A stretch of DNA of 64,000 nt, taken from NCBI GenBank assembly GCA_903899845.1, contig CAIUKV010000251.1, positions 5,970-69,969 on the forward strand, in the 5' to 3' direction. Under the pieces are notes generated by a model. That model saw only the letters and a program-made list of their open reading frames with translations, had not been told where the DNA came from and made no database searches. Positions 46,420 through 55,283 of the stretch are shown in pieces; position 1 is the first letter of the stretch; every line of letters begins with the position of its first letter. The position numbers were made by a program, and so were the translations under genes. Source of the stretch: an uncultured Actinomycetes bacterium (GTDB lineage Bacteria; Actinomycetota; Acidimicrobiia; IMCC26256; PALSA-555).

Positions 46420-48924
46420 ATGGTGAACGACAACGTGGCCGCAATGCTCCAGGCCCGGGCGGTCGCGGAACCCGACGGGATCGTCGTGGTCGACGAGCAC
46501 GGGCCGATCACGCTCGGGGAGCTCGACGCACTGACGGGGACCTTCGCCCGGCTGCTGACGGAACGAGTCGGAGTACGAACCCACCCGACCGCCGCCGCCG
46601 GCTCGCCGCCGTTGCCGATCGTCGTCGGGGCCGACCGCTGGTCGCTGGTGGCGCTGCTGGGGGCGGTCCGGGCCGGGATCCCGCACGCCCCGCTCCCGTC
46701 CGACCAGCCCGCCGCCCGGCTCGAGGCGCTGCTCGACCGACTGGGCCGCCCCTCCGTCGCGCTGGTGGACCCGGCCTTCCCCGGCCGGCTGCCGGACGGG
46801 GTCGAGGTGCTTCGCCCGGCGTTGGTGCCCGACGACCCCATCGCCCCGTGCGCCGTCGAGGACCCGGAAGCGGTGGCCTGTGTGCTCTTCACGTCCGGAT
46901 CGACCGGTCGGCCGAAGGGCGTGGTCTACGAGTGGCGCAACCTCGCCTGGATGGCGGCCTCGTCGCTCGGCGATCCCGGCTCCCACTGGGGCTCGGTGCT
47001 CCCGTTCCACTGGGCCGGCGGGTACTTCAACGTCGTGCGCGCGGCTGCCACCGCGACGCTGTCGATCGTCCCGCCCGGGTTGACGAACGCGGAGCGGCTC
47101 CTCGACTGGTACGACCGAGGGAGCGTCGAGATCGTGTCGATCCCCCCGAGCATGCTGGCGCAGCTCGTGGACCGCTGGCCCGAGGGCCGCCGTCTCGAGC
47201 AGGTGCGCCAGGTCCGCATCGGCGGCGAGAAGCTCGGCTGGGAGATCGTGCCCGCCGTTCGGCGGCTCGTGACGGAGCGCGCCGTCATCAACTTCTCGTA
47301 CGGCAGCACCGAGGGTGGGACCGTCGCGGTCTGCCGCATGATCATCGGACCGGACGACGAGGTCGGAGTGGGTCCGATCCCGATCGGCCGGTGGGAGGAA
47401 CCGGGGCGGGGCCGCCTCGAGCCGGTCGCCGGCGGTGACGACCTCGCCGAGATCGTGGTCACGGGCAAGATCGCCCGCGGCTACTGGGACGACCCCGAGG
47501 AGCATCGGGCGCGCTTCGGCCACGACCCCGACGGCACCCGGATCCTGCGCACCGGCGATCTCGCCCGCGTCGGTGACGACGGGCTGATCCAACTGGTCGG
47601 TCGGGCCGACGACCTGGTCAAGATCCGCGGCATCCGCGTGGAGCCCGCCGAGGTCGAACTGGCCTTCCACGCGATCCCGGGCGTCCGCGAGGCGGTGGTG
47701 CTGCCCCACGAGAGCGAGCGCGGCATCCGTCTCGTCGGGCACCTCGTGCTCGACGATCCCGACCTGTCCGCGGACGTCGTCCGGCACACCCTCTCCGAGC
47801 GTCTCCCGCCGCACCTGGTCCCCAGCCCCCTCGTGGTCCACGACGCGCTGCCGACACTGCCGAACGGCAAGGTCGACCGTCGTGCGCTGCGGAGCGCGCC
47901 GGTCGAACCGTGGCGCGCCGCGCCACCCCGCCCGCCGGCCGACGCGCTCGAGGCCGACGTCCTCGTCATGTGCGCCGAGGCGCTCGAGCTCGACGAGGTC
48001 GGCGCCGACGACGACCTCTGGGAGATCGGGTTGGACTCGCTCCGGGCGGTGGAGCTCGCCGCCGCGATCTCCGAGCTCGGCTGGGGACCGTTCGACCCCT
48101 CGCTCCCGCTGCAGCAGGTCAGCGCCGCCGCCATCGCCGAGGTGCTGCGCCGGGGTGCGGCCGACGAGGACCCCCACCGTCCGTCGGAGGTCGTCACGCT
48201 GGTGCCGGTGAGTTCGGGGGACCACACCCCGATCGTGGCGGTGCCCGGCGCCGGCGCCACCGCCTACTTCTGGCTGGCCCGGGTCCTGGGCCCGGAGCAG
48301 CCGTTCACCGTGGTCGAGGCCCACGGGCTCCACACCCCGGGCCGTCCGGACCGCAGCGTCGCGGCCGCCGCCCGCCGCACGGCGCGCCGTGTGGCGGACG
48401 TCCACGCCGACGGCCCCGTGCTGCTCGTCGGGCACTCGGCGGGCGGTGCGGTCGCCTACGAGGCCGGGCGCCTGCTCCACGCCGCGGGCCGTGACGTGCG
48501 GGTCGCGGTGCTGGACCTCGTCCCCTCGACGCTCCGTCCCGCGTCGGGGGGTCCGGTTCCGCCCGCTCCCGTCGGGGCGGCGCGCGGTCGACGGACGCGG
48601 GGCCCGGGGCGACTCCCGCACCTGCTCCGGCGCGCGGTCGACGAGGGCCGGGTCCGGTTCCGCGCCCTTCGGCCGGGACCGCCGAGTCGCAGCCTGATGC
48701 GCTTCCGTGCCTTCACGCTGATCGGCACCCGCGCGGTGCGGAGGTACCAGCCCGGCCCTGCGACCTTCCCGCTCCTCGTCGTGCACACCGAGGCCACGAC
48801 GGGCGCCGCCTGGGCGGGCGTCGCCCCCGATCTCACGGTCGCCGCCACGACCGGGAGCCACCTCTCGATGCTGCGACCGCCCCACGTCCGCCACACGGCC
48901 GACGCCCTGCGCAGCCTCGTCTGA
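46420..48924 (+). CDS. Single-module NRPS-like enzyme, adenylation-thiolation-thioesterase (A-T-TE)
   Basis: A3 LFTSGSTGRPKGV, A5 NFSYGSTEG, A7 RTGDLARV, A8 GRADDLVKIRGIRVEPAEVE, A10 PNGKVDRRAL. Carrier motif LWEIGLDSLRAVEL. TE motifs VGHSAGGAVAYE and GSHLSML. Confidence 0.87.
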   Translation: MVNDNVAAMLQARAVAEPDGIVVVDEHGPITLGELDALTGTFARLLTERVGVRTHPTAAAGSPPLPIVVGADRWSLVALLGAVRAGIPHAPLPSDQPAARLEALLDRLGRPSVALVDPAFPGRLPDGVEVLRPALVPDDPIAPCAVEDPEAVACVLFTSGSTGRPKGVVYEWRNLAWMAASSLGDPGSHWGSVLPFHWAGGYFNVVRAAATATLSIVPPGLTNAERLLDWYDRGSVEIVSIPPSMLAQLVDRWPEGRRLEQVRQVRIGGEKLGWEIVPAVRRLVTERAVINFSYGSTEGGTVAVCRMIIGPDDEVGVGPIPIGRWEEPGRGRLEPVAGGDDLAEIVVTGKIARGYWDDPEEHRARFGHDPDGTRILRTGDLARVGDDGLIQLVGRADDLVKIRGIRVEPAEVELAFHAIPGVREAVVLPHESERGIRLVGHLVLDDPDLSADVVRHTLSERLPPHLVPSPLVVHDALPTLPNGKVDRRALRSAPVEPWRAAPPRPPADALEADVLVMCAEALELDEVGADDDLWEIGLDSLRAVELAAAISELGWGPFDPSLPLQQVSAAAIAEVLRRGAADEDPHRPSEVVTLVPVSSGDHTPIVAVPGAGATAYFWLARVLGPEQPFTVVEAHGLHTPGRPDRSVAAAARRTARRVADVHADGPVLLVGHSAGGAVAYEAGRLLHAAGRDVRVAVLDLVPSTLRPASGGPVPPAPVGAARGRRTRGPGRLPHLLRRAVDEGRVRFRALRPGPPSRSLMRFRAFTLIGTRAVRRYQPGPATFPLLVVHTEATTGAAWAGVAPDLTVAATTGSHLSMLRPPHVRHTADALRSLV

Positions 48925-48962
48925 CTCGTCTGAGGGGCCACCGACGGTCGGTTCCCGCGCGA

Positions 48963-48985
48963 GCCGCCGGCGGTCGGCCGGCGGC
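48963..48985. terminator. Perfect 9-bp GC hairpin between convergent genes (bidirectional terminator candidate, no U-tract)
   Basis: gccgccggc-ggtcg-gccggcggc. Confidence 0.4.
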
Positions 48986-48990
48986 TGGGC

Positions 48991-50598
48991 TCAGGCGGGT
49001 TCGTGCTCGAGCGGGGCGCCGTCCTCGTGGGCGGGCTGGGGCTCTCCCTCCCCGCCCCGCAGGAGCAGGGTGGCCAGGAGCGTCAGCACCAGGATGGCCG
49101 CGGCTGCGACCAGGAACGTGGTGCGGAAGGCGTCGCCGTACGAGGTGATGGCGTCCGCGAGCGCCTGCTTGCCCAGGCTCGTGGTCGGCTGGGTGCCCTG
49201 ACCGGCGTAGGCGGTCACGGCGTCGATGCCGGTCCCCAGTTGGTTGGCCGGGACGCCCGCCGCCGTCAACCGCTCGACGACGCCGCCGCGGGTCAGGCGG
49301 TCGATGGCGACGGTGGAGAGCGCGAAGCCCAGGGTGTAGAAGACCTGGCCGAACATGGTCCGAGAGCTCGACACCGGCCCGAGGTACCTCGCCGGGGCCT
49401 CGCGCAGGATCAGGTTGCCGAACGGCACTGCGGCGATGACCACCCCGGCGCCCACGAGCACCATGCCCGGCGCGAACCCGACCAGCGACGTCGCACCGTT
49501 CGCGATCGCGAGGTAGACGAAGCCCGCCGCCGCGGTCACCCCGCCCACGAGGCCCGCCGTCCGGTTGCGAAGACCCCGACCCATGACCCGGCCGGTGACG
49601 ACCCCGGCGACGATGCCCGACAGGAGCAGGGGCAGCTGCCAGATCGCGGCCTTCGAGGTGGTGATGCCGTTGACGTACTGCCACAGGTTGGTGAGCTGCA
49701 GGAACGAGACCGCGGTGCCGAAGTTGTAGACGAAGCCGAAGCACAGCGCACCGAGGAACACCGGCGACCGCAGCAGCGCCACCGGGAAGAACGCCCCGGC
49801 GTACCGCCCCTCCCACACGACGAAGGCGACGAGGAGCACGACGCCCGCCACGAGCGGCACCAGGGTGCGGGGGCTGGTGAGGCTGGTCGCGAACTGGCTG
49901 AACCCGTAGAGGACGCCGACGATCCCCAGGCCGAGGACGATCTGGCCGACCACGTCGAACGAACCGCCGGTGACCCGGGGCAGGCGCGGCAGCAGCAGCG
50001 GGGTCAACACGAAGGCGACCGCGCACATCACCGGGATCAGCAGGTACGCGGTGCGCCAGTTCGCCGAGGCCAGGGTGCCGCCGACGAAGGTGAGCACGAG
50101 GGTGAAGACCATCACTGCGGCGGTGAACAGTCCCATGGCCCCGGCCAGCTTCTCGGGCTTGACCACCGACTTCATGAAGCCGAACGCGGCGCCGTAGGTG
50201 GCGCCGAGGCCGACGCCCACCACCGCCTGCCCGAGGAGGTAGACGCCGACGGCGGGCGAGGCGAGGACGATCAGGTTGCCCACCGCACCCACGACGAGGG
50301 CGACGAGCAGCAGGTTGCGGCGACCGATCCGGTCGGCGACGAGTCCCGCGGTGATCACGGTGGCCGCGATCGCCAGCGTCTGCATGCTGGCGGCGAGGGC
50401 CTGGGTGCTCCCGGCCATGTCGAGCGACTTGCTCGCTCCCACCAGCGCGGTGCTCGCGATGTTGGGGGCCGAGCCCTGGATCGCCCCGAGGAAGCCGAGG
50501 AACGGCACGGCCAGGGCCGACACCTTCATCACCTTGGCCGCCGGAGCCGACGTGCCGCCCGACGTGCCGCCCGACTGATCGCCCGACTGGCCGCTCAT
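48991..50598 (-). CDS. MFS transporter (14-TM drug:H+ antiporter-like)
   Basis: From the internal ATG: MSGQSGDQSG... Many TM helices. LVADRIGRRNLL is the MFS motif A. SD GGGAGG upstream. The remainder of the 800-aa track ORF is non-coding or overlapping. Confidence 0.85.
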   Translation of the reverse strand: MSGQSGDQSGGTSGGTSAPAAKVMKVSALAVPFLGFLGAIQGSAPNIASTALVGASKSLDMAGSTQALAASMQTLAIAATVITAGLVADRIGRRNLLLVALVVGAVGNLIVLASPAVGVYLLGQAVVGVGLGATYGAAFGFMKSVVKPEKLAGAMGLFTAAVMVFTLVLTFVGGTLASANWRTAYLLIPVMCAVAFVLTPLLLPRLPRVTGGSFDVVGQIVLGLGIVGVLYGFSQFATSLTSPRTLVPLVAGVVLLVAFVVWEGRYAGAFFPVALLRSPVFLGALCFGFVYNFGTAVSFLQLTNLWQYVNGITTSKAAIWQLPLLLSGIVAGVVTGRVMGRGLRNRTAGLVGGVTAAAGFVYLAIANGATSLVGFAPGMVLVGAGVVIAAVPFGNLILREAPARYLGPVSSSRTMFGQVFYTLGFALSTVAIDRLTRGGVVERLTAAGVPANQLGTGIDAVTAYAGQGTQPTTSLGKQALADAITSYGDAFRTTFLVAAAAILVLTLLATLLLRGGEGEPQPAHEDGAPLEHEPA

Positions 50599-50781
50599 CC
50601 TGCCCCGCCTCCCGCCCCACGACCGACCCGGTGCCGGTGTCCGTACTGTACCGAGCCCGTCCGCCACCCGTCGGCACCCGCACCGTGACCGCACCGTCAC
50701 CGGCGACGACGAGATTCCCGGGGCCGGACGACGGGCGTCACCGTCCGTCGTCGCGGTCCTGTCCCCCGTCGAGGAGCTCCG

Positions 50782-51486
50782 ATGTCGAAGCGCACCAACC
50801 GTCCCCGTTCCTTCCGTGCCCGCGTCGCGGGCACCGTGATCGTCGTCGTCGGCCTGCTGACCGTGGTCGGCGCCGGCACCTTCGCCACCTTCAACGCCCG
50901 CACCACCAACCCCGACAACCTGTTCGCGACCGGGAGCCTGGTGCTCGGCAACACCAAGACGTCCGGCGCCACCTGCCTCTCGACCGCCGGCGGCACCACC
51001 GACGCGAACGTCAACGACGCCTGTGACCAGCTGTTCGACCTGACGGTGCGCAAGCCGGGCGACTCGGCCACCGCCCGCCTGTCGGTGGCCAACGTCGGAT
51101 CGGTCGCCGCCTCGGCGCTGCGGGTCTTCAGTGCCCGCTGCGACGACGCCGACGTCGCCGCGGAGACCTACCACGGCACGGGGAGCCCCTGCGGACAGGT
51201 GCAGCTCGTGATCCAGCGCTACAGCGACGCCACCTTCGCCACGCCCGTGGAGTGCGTGTACGGCGGCGGCACCGCCACCACCTGCGACTTCAGCGACACG
51301 ACCAAGACGCTGGCCGCGTTCCGGGCCGTCCACGCCGACGCCGCGTCGGGTCGGACCGTCGGCACCGGCCTCGCCGCCGGCGCCACCCGGCACCTCGAAG
51401 TCCGGCTCCTCCTGCCGGTCACGGCCGACAACTCGCTCCAGGGTCGCCAGGCGACCGTGGACCTGACCTGGTACGCCGAGCAGTAG
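50782..51486 (+). CDS. TasA/camelysin-like secreted protein with a SipW-type signal peptide
   Basis: ...VVGAGTFATFNARTTNPDNLFATGSLVL parallels B. subtilis TasA GGGTWAAFND.......FASGTLDL. SD GAGGAG upstream. Confidence 0.75.
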   Translation: MSKRTNRPRSFRARVAGTVIVVVGLLTVVGAGTFATFNARTTNPDNLFATGSLVLGNTKTSGATCLSTAGGTTDANVNDACDQLFDLTVRKPGDSATARLSVANVGSVAASALRVFSARCDDADVAAETYHGTGSPCGQVQLVIQRYSDATFATPVECVYGGGTATTCDFSDTTKTLAAFRAVHADAASGRTVGTGLAAGATRHLEVRLLLPVTADNSLQGRQATVDLTWYAEQ

Positions 51487-52073
51487 TGCCGTCGGCGTCC
51501 ACCGCCGACGCCGGTCGGGGTCGACGGATCCGGTGGGCCCGCCGGATCCGCGACCTCGGCGGCGCCGCGCTCCTCCTGGTCCTCCTCGTCGGCTTCGTGC
51601 TCGTGACGGCGGGTCCCCGGGTGCTGCCGTACCAGGTGCGCTACGTGCGCTCGGGCAGCATGGCGCCCGCGGTGCCGGTCGGCGCGCTGGCGGTGTACGT
51701 CCCGACCCGGGCGGCCGACCTCGTGCCCGGTGACGTGATCGCGTTCGTTCCCCCCGGTCGGTCCACCGAGGTCGTCGCCCACCGGATCGTCGACGTCGAG
51801 GCCACGCCGGACGGGCGCGCGTTCGTCACCCGGGGCGACGCCAACGCCCGGCCCGACACCTGGCGGGTGCCCGCCCGTGGGACCGGATGGCGCCAGACGC
51901 TGGCGCTGCCCTACCTGGGCTACGCGCTGGCCGCCCTCGTGCGGCCCGTCGTCCGCCTCGGCCTGCTGGGGGCCCTCACCGTCGCGGTCGCGGCCGCGCT
52001 CCTCGTCCGGCTGTGGCGACCCGGACGCCGGCCCGTTCCGGACCGGCCCGGGGCACCGGGGACGCACGGGTGA
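51486..52073 (+). CDS. Signal peptidase I, archaeal/ER (SipW) type
   Basis: GTG 51486 overlaps the TAG of the upstream gene. TM helix. Motifs RSGSMAP, VVAHRIV, TRGDAN. C-terminal TM helix. Confidence 0.8.
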   Translation: MPSASTADAGRGRRIRWARRIRDLGGAALLLVLLVGFVLVTAGPRVLPYQVRYVRSGSMAPAVPVGALAVYVPTRAADLVPGDVIAFVPPGRSTEVVAHRIVDVEATPDGRAFVTRGDANARPDTWRVPARGTGWRQTLALPYLGYALAALVRPVVRLGLLGALTVAVAAALLVRLWRPGRRPVPDRPGAPGTHG

Positions 52074-52969
52074 GACCAGCCGGCCGGGGCCGGGCGGTCG
52101 CGACGGCCATGGCCGGCGTCGCCCTGCTCGCCCTCGTGGCCGCATCACCCCGGGGGGTCCAGGGCCGGTTCCACGCCCAGGTGTCGGCGATCGACACCGT
52201 GCTCGCACTCGACGCGCTCGAGCCCGTGGGCGCGCTCGCTGCCGAACCCAGGGGCACGGGCGTGGCTCTCTCGTGGACCGCCGGCCGCGCCGGGGCCACC
52301 CACCGTGTCTCGGTCGGTGCGGCCGACGCCTGGGGTGGGTGCGCCGGCACCGGGTTCACGACGGTGGGGGTCACCGACGCGACCGCGTCGACCGATCCAC
52401 AGCCGCCCGGCCCGGCGGGCGCCCGGGTCTGCTACCGGGTGGAGACCGTCGACGGGCCGTGGTCCAGCGTCACGGGGAACCCGACCGTGGCCGTGCAGGT
52501 CGGGTTCGTCGTCGCCGCGGTCGGGGTCGCCAACGGCGGCACCGCGGGCCGCCTCGACGTCGGCGACCGGATCGTGGTCTCGTTCAACCAGCCCGTCGAT
52601 CGCGCGTCGGGACCGGTCGCCACCGACACCGTCTGCACCACGGCGACCCTCGTCGTGCTCGCCGCCACCCGCACCGCGGGCACCTGCGCGGCGGGCGAGG
52701 CGAGCCGACTCGGACGGCTCGAGGGCGGGACGGTCGGCGCCACCACGCGGTGGACGGCGACCTACGCGTGGTCCGACGGGGACCGGGTCCTCACCGTCAC
52801 GCTCACCAACCGGGTCGGCGGGCCGAACTCCGCGTTCACGGGGGGTGCGTGGTCGTTCCGGCCGAGCGCCGCCGCCGATGGTCCGCGCGCCGCCACCGGC
52901 GGGGTGCCGGTCTGCACCGCCGGCGCGGTCCCGGGTCCGTGTCTCCCGGAGGCGACCGGCGCGTTCTAG
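52070..52969 (+). CDS. Secreted hypothetical protein (FN3-like region), third gene of the SipW cluster
   Basis: GTG 52070 (GTGA overlap). Hydrophobic N-terminus AMAGVALLALVAASPRGVQGRFHAQVSA. GVALSWTAG...YRVETVDGPWSS resembles FN3. Confidence 0.55.
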   Translation: MRPAGRGRAVATAMAGVALLALVAASPRGVQGRFHAQVSAIDTVLALDALEPVGALAAEPRGTGVALSWTAGRAGATHRVSVGAADAWGGCAGTGFTTVGVTDATASTDPQPPGPAGARVCYRVETVDGPWSSVTGNPTVAVQVGFVVAAVGVANGGTAGRLDVGDRIVVSFNQPVDRASGPVATDTVCTTATLVVLAATRTAGTCAAGEASRLGRLEGGTVGATTRWTATYAWSDGDRVLTVTLTNRVGGPNSAFTGGAWSFRPSAAADGPRAATGGVPVCTAGAVPGPCLPEATGAF

Positions 52970-53032
52970 GCGGGTCGTGCACCCGGATCGTCCACCCGGG
53001 CGTGGACCGGGTGCCCGGGATCGGGCGGTAGC

Positions 53033-53836
53033 GTGCGGTCCCGGATGGCCGTCCTCGTCACCCTCCTCGCGGTCGTGCTCGGACTCGTGGTCGTGCTCGT
53101 CGCCGGGCTCTTGCGCAGCCACGCCGAGATCCTGCGCGCCCTGCACGACCTCGGCGTCGACCTCGACCCCGCCGCGGCGCCGACGTCGGCCCCCATCCGG
53201 TCGATCCCGCTCACCGCGGGTCCCCCCCGCACCGCCACCGACGTCAGCGGCACCACGCCCACGGGCGACGCGCTGCACCTGACCGTCACGCCGGCGGCGC
53301 ACCCGACCCTGCTGGCCTTCCTGACCAGCGGCTGCACGTCGTGCCTGGAGTTCTGGCACGCCTTCGCCGCCGGCGGCCCCGACCTCCCCGGCGACACGCG
53401 CCTCGTCGTGGTCACCAAGGGTCCGGAGGCCGAGAGTGTGGCCGCCCTGCGCAGTCTCGCCCCCGCCGGGCTCCCCGTCGTGATGTCGACCGCGGCCTGG
53501 GAGGCCTACGACGCGCCGGTGGCCCCGTTCTTCGTCCTGGTCGACGGTCGCACCGGGACGGTGGTCGGCGAGGGCGCGGCCTCCACCTGGCCCCAGGTCG
53601 TGTCGCTGATGACCCAGGCCATGGCCGACGCCGGGATCGCCGAGCCCGCCGCCGGCGGGCTCGAGGGGCCGCGGCGCCGGCGGGCCCCGGGCCGGCCCCG
53701 GGCCGACGCCGACCGCGAGGCCCAGGTCGACCGCGACCTCATGGCGGCGGGCATCCTGCCCGGCGACCCCCGCCTCTACGTGCTCCCCGACGCCCCCGAC
53801 GCCGACCCCGGCCCGACCGCCGGCCCGACTCCGTGA
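53033..53836 (+). CDS. MauD-like membrane-anchored thioredoxin-fold protein (CTSC motif) with a disordered tail
   Basis: N-terminal TM helix AVLVTLLAVVLGLVVVLVAGLL. PTLLAFLTSGCTSCLEFW. Confidence 0.65.
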   Translation: MRSRMAVLVTLLAVVLGLVVVLVAGLLRSHAEILRALHDLGVDLDPAAAPTSAPIRSIPLTAGPPRTATDVSGTTPTGDALHLTVTPAAHPTLLAFLTSGCTSCLEFWHAFAAGGPDLPGDTRLVVVTKGPEAESVAALRSLAPAGLPVVMSTAAWEAYDAPVAPFFVLVDGRTGTVVGEGAASTWPQVVSLMTQAMADAGIAEPAAGGLEGPRRRRAPGRPRADADREAQVDRDLMAAGILPGDPRLYVLPDAPDADPGPTAGPTP

Positions 53837-54765
53837 CCCTCGTCGCCGCCCACGGCTTCACGGTCGAGGCACCGGCGGGCTGGGAGGTCCGCATCTTCCG
53901 GCGCCCCGCGGCCGACGAGGTCGCCGCGTCCCCCGCCGACGGGCCGCCCGCGCCCCGGGGGGAGACGACCCACCCCGTCGTGCACTGCTCCACCGTGGCG
54001 ATGCCCGCCGACATCGGGGACTTCGGGAGCTCGGGTGTCGACCGCCTCGGCCCCGACGACGCCTTCGTGGTCGTGTTCGACTACGGCCCCGAATCGGTGG
54101 GCCAGCCGCTGTTCGCGAACAAGGGGATGCCCCGCACGCTCGAGCCCTCCGACTTCGACCCCAACATGCTGCAGCGGACCGTGCTCGGCCAGGCCGGGTA
54201 CCAGGCGTTCTTCACCGAGGCCGGCCGGGCCTGCTGCCTCTACGTCGTGATCGGCTCGTACGCGAATCGGCGCCGGGTCGCCCCGCGGGTCAACGAGCTC
54301 CTGGCCGGCTTGACGATCGCACCCCCCGAAAACGCGGGCGTCGCCGCCCCGGTCCCACCGCCCACCGTGCTCGAGGCGCTCGAGGCCGACCCCGACCACA
54401 CGCGCTTCACCCGCCTGATCGTCACGAGCGGTCTCGCGGCGCGCTGCGCCGGACCGGGACCCCTGTCGGTCTTCGCCCCCACCGACACCGCGCTCGCCCG
54501 GATCCCCGACCTCCCGGCGATCGAGGCCGACCGGTCCCGGGCCGGGCGCGTGGTCCAGGCCCACCTCGTCGCGGCGGAGATCGACCTCGGCGCCCTCACC
54601 CCGGCGACGCCGCGCACCGTCACCACCCTCGACGGCACCGACGCGGCACTGACCAGCGACGGGACGACGCTGCGCCTCGGTGCGATCCCGGTCGACCCCC
54701 TGCGCATCGTGGCGGGCAACGGCAGCGTGTTCCCGATCGACGGCCTCCGGGACCCGGTGTCGTGA
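53833..54765 (+). CDS. Protein with a C-terminal fasciclin (FAS1) domain and an N-terminal domain of unknown function
   Basis: GTG 53833 (GTGA overlap). TVLEALEADPDHTRFTRLIVTSGLA...LSVFAPTDTALARIP...VVQAHLV. No obvious signal peptide. Confidence 0.62.
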   Translation: MTLVAAHGFTVEAPAGWEVRIFRRPAADEVAASPADGPPAPRGETTHPVVHCSTVAMPADIGDFGSSGVDRLGPDDAFVVVFDYGPESVGQPLFANKGMPRTLEPSDFDPNMLQRTVLGQAGYQAFFTEAGRACCLYVVIGSYANRRRVAPRVNELLAGLTIAPPENAGVAAPVPPPTVLEALEADPDHTRFTRLIVTSGLAARCAGPGPLSVFAPTDTALARIPDLPAIEADRSRAGRVVQAHLVAAEIDLGALTPATPRTVTTLDGTDAALTSDGTTLRLGAIPVDPLRIVAGNGSVFPIDGLRDPVS

Positions 54766-55283
54766 GCGTCTGGGCGGGCCCCTTCGCCCTCGCCGCGGTG
54801 CTGCTCGTGGTCGCGGGCGCGGCCAAGGCGGTCTCGCCGACCGCCACCGCCGGCGCGCTGCGCGCGCTCGGGCTCCCCGGGCGCCCGGTGTCGGTGCGGA
54901 TCGGTGGTGCCGCCGAGGCCCTGCTCGGCGCGGCGGCGCTCGCGACCGGATGGGCCCCGTTCGTGCTCCTGGTCGGAGCGTCGTACCTGGGGTTCGCGGG
55001 CTTCGTGCTCGGCGCCCGGCGGGCCGGCGTCCCGGTCGCCTCGTGCGGGTGCCTGGGCCGCGTCGACACCCCGCCCCACGCCGTGCACGTGGTCGGCAAC
55101 CTGCTGTGCGTCGGGGCCGCGCTCGGGGCGGCCCTGACCGGGAGCCCCCCGATCGGGTCGGTCCTCGCCGACCAGCCGCTGGGCGGTGTGCCCTTCGTGG
55201 TGCTCCTCGGGGTCGGGGTGGGTGCCGCGACCCTGGCCATGGCCGCCCTCCCTCGGGCCCTGACGGCGGCGAGGCCCCGGTGA
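54762..55283 (+). CDS. MauE/DoxX-family redox-associated membrane protein
   Basis: GTG 54762 (GTGA overlap). 4 TM helices. The SCGCLG motif resembles the CGCFG of the MauE family. Confidence 0.7.
   Translation: MSVWAGPFALAAVLLVVAGAAKAVSPTATAGALRALGLPGRPVSVRIGGAAEALLGAAALATGWAPFVLLVGASYLGFAGFVLGARRAGVPVASCGCLGRVDTPPHAVHVVGNLLCVGAALGAALTGSPPIGSVLADQPLGGVPFVVLLGVGVGAATLAMAALPRALTAARPR

Noticed and set aside
50680-50701. 11-nt direct repeat (gcaccgtgacc / gcaccgtcacc) and a GTAC-T-GTAC imperfect palindrome (about 50640-50652) in the MFS/TasA-like divergent region, considered as operator sites.
   Set aside because: The repeats are short, imperfect and GC-rich, so chance occurrence is plausible. 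There is no adjacent regulator gene to pair them with.
53833-54765. FAS1-domain protein considered as a secreted adhesin.
   Set aside because: No signal peptide is visible at any candidate start, so export is unsupported. I reported it only as a FAS1-domain protein within the Mau-like cluster.
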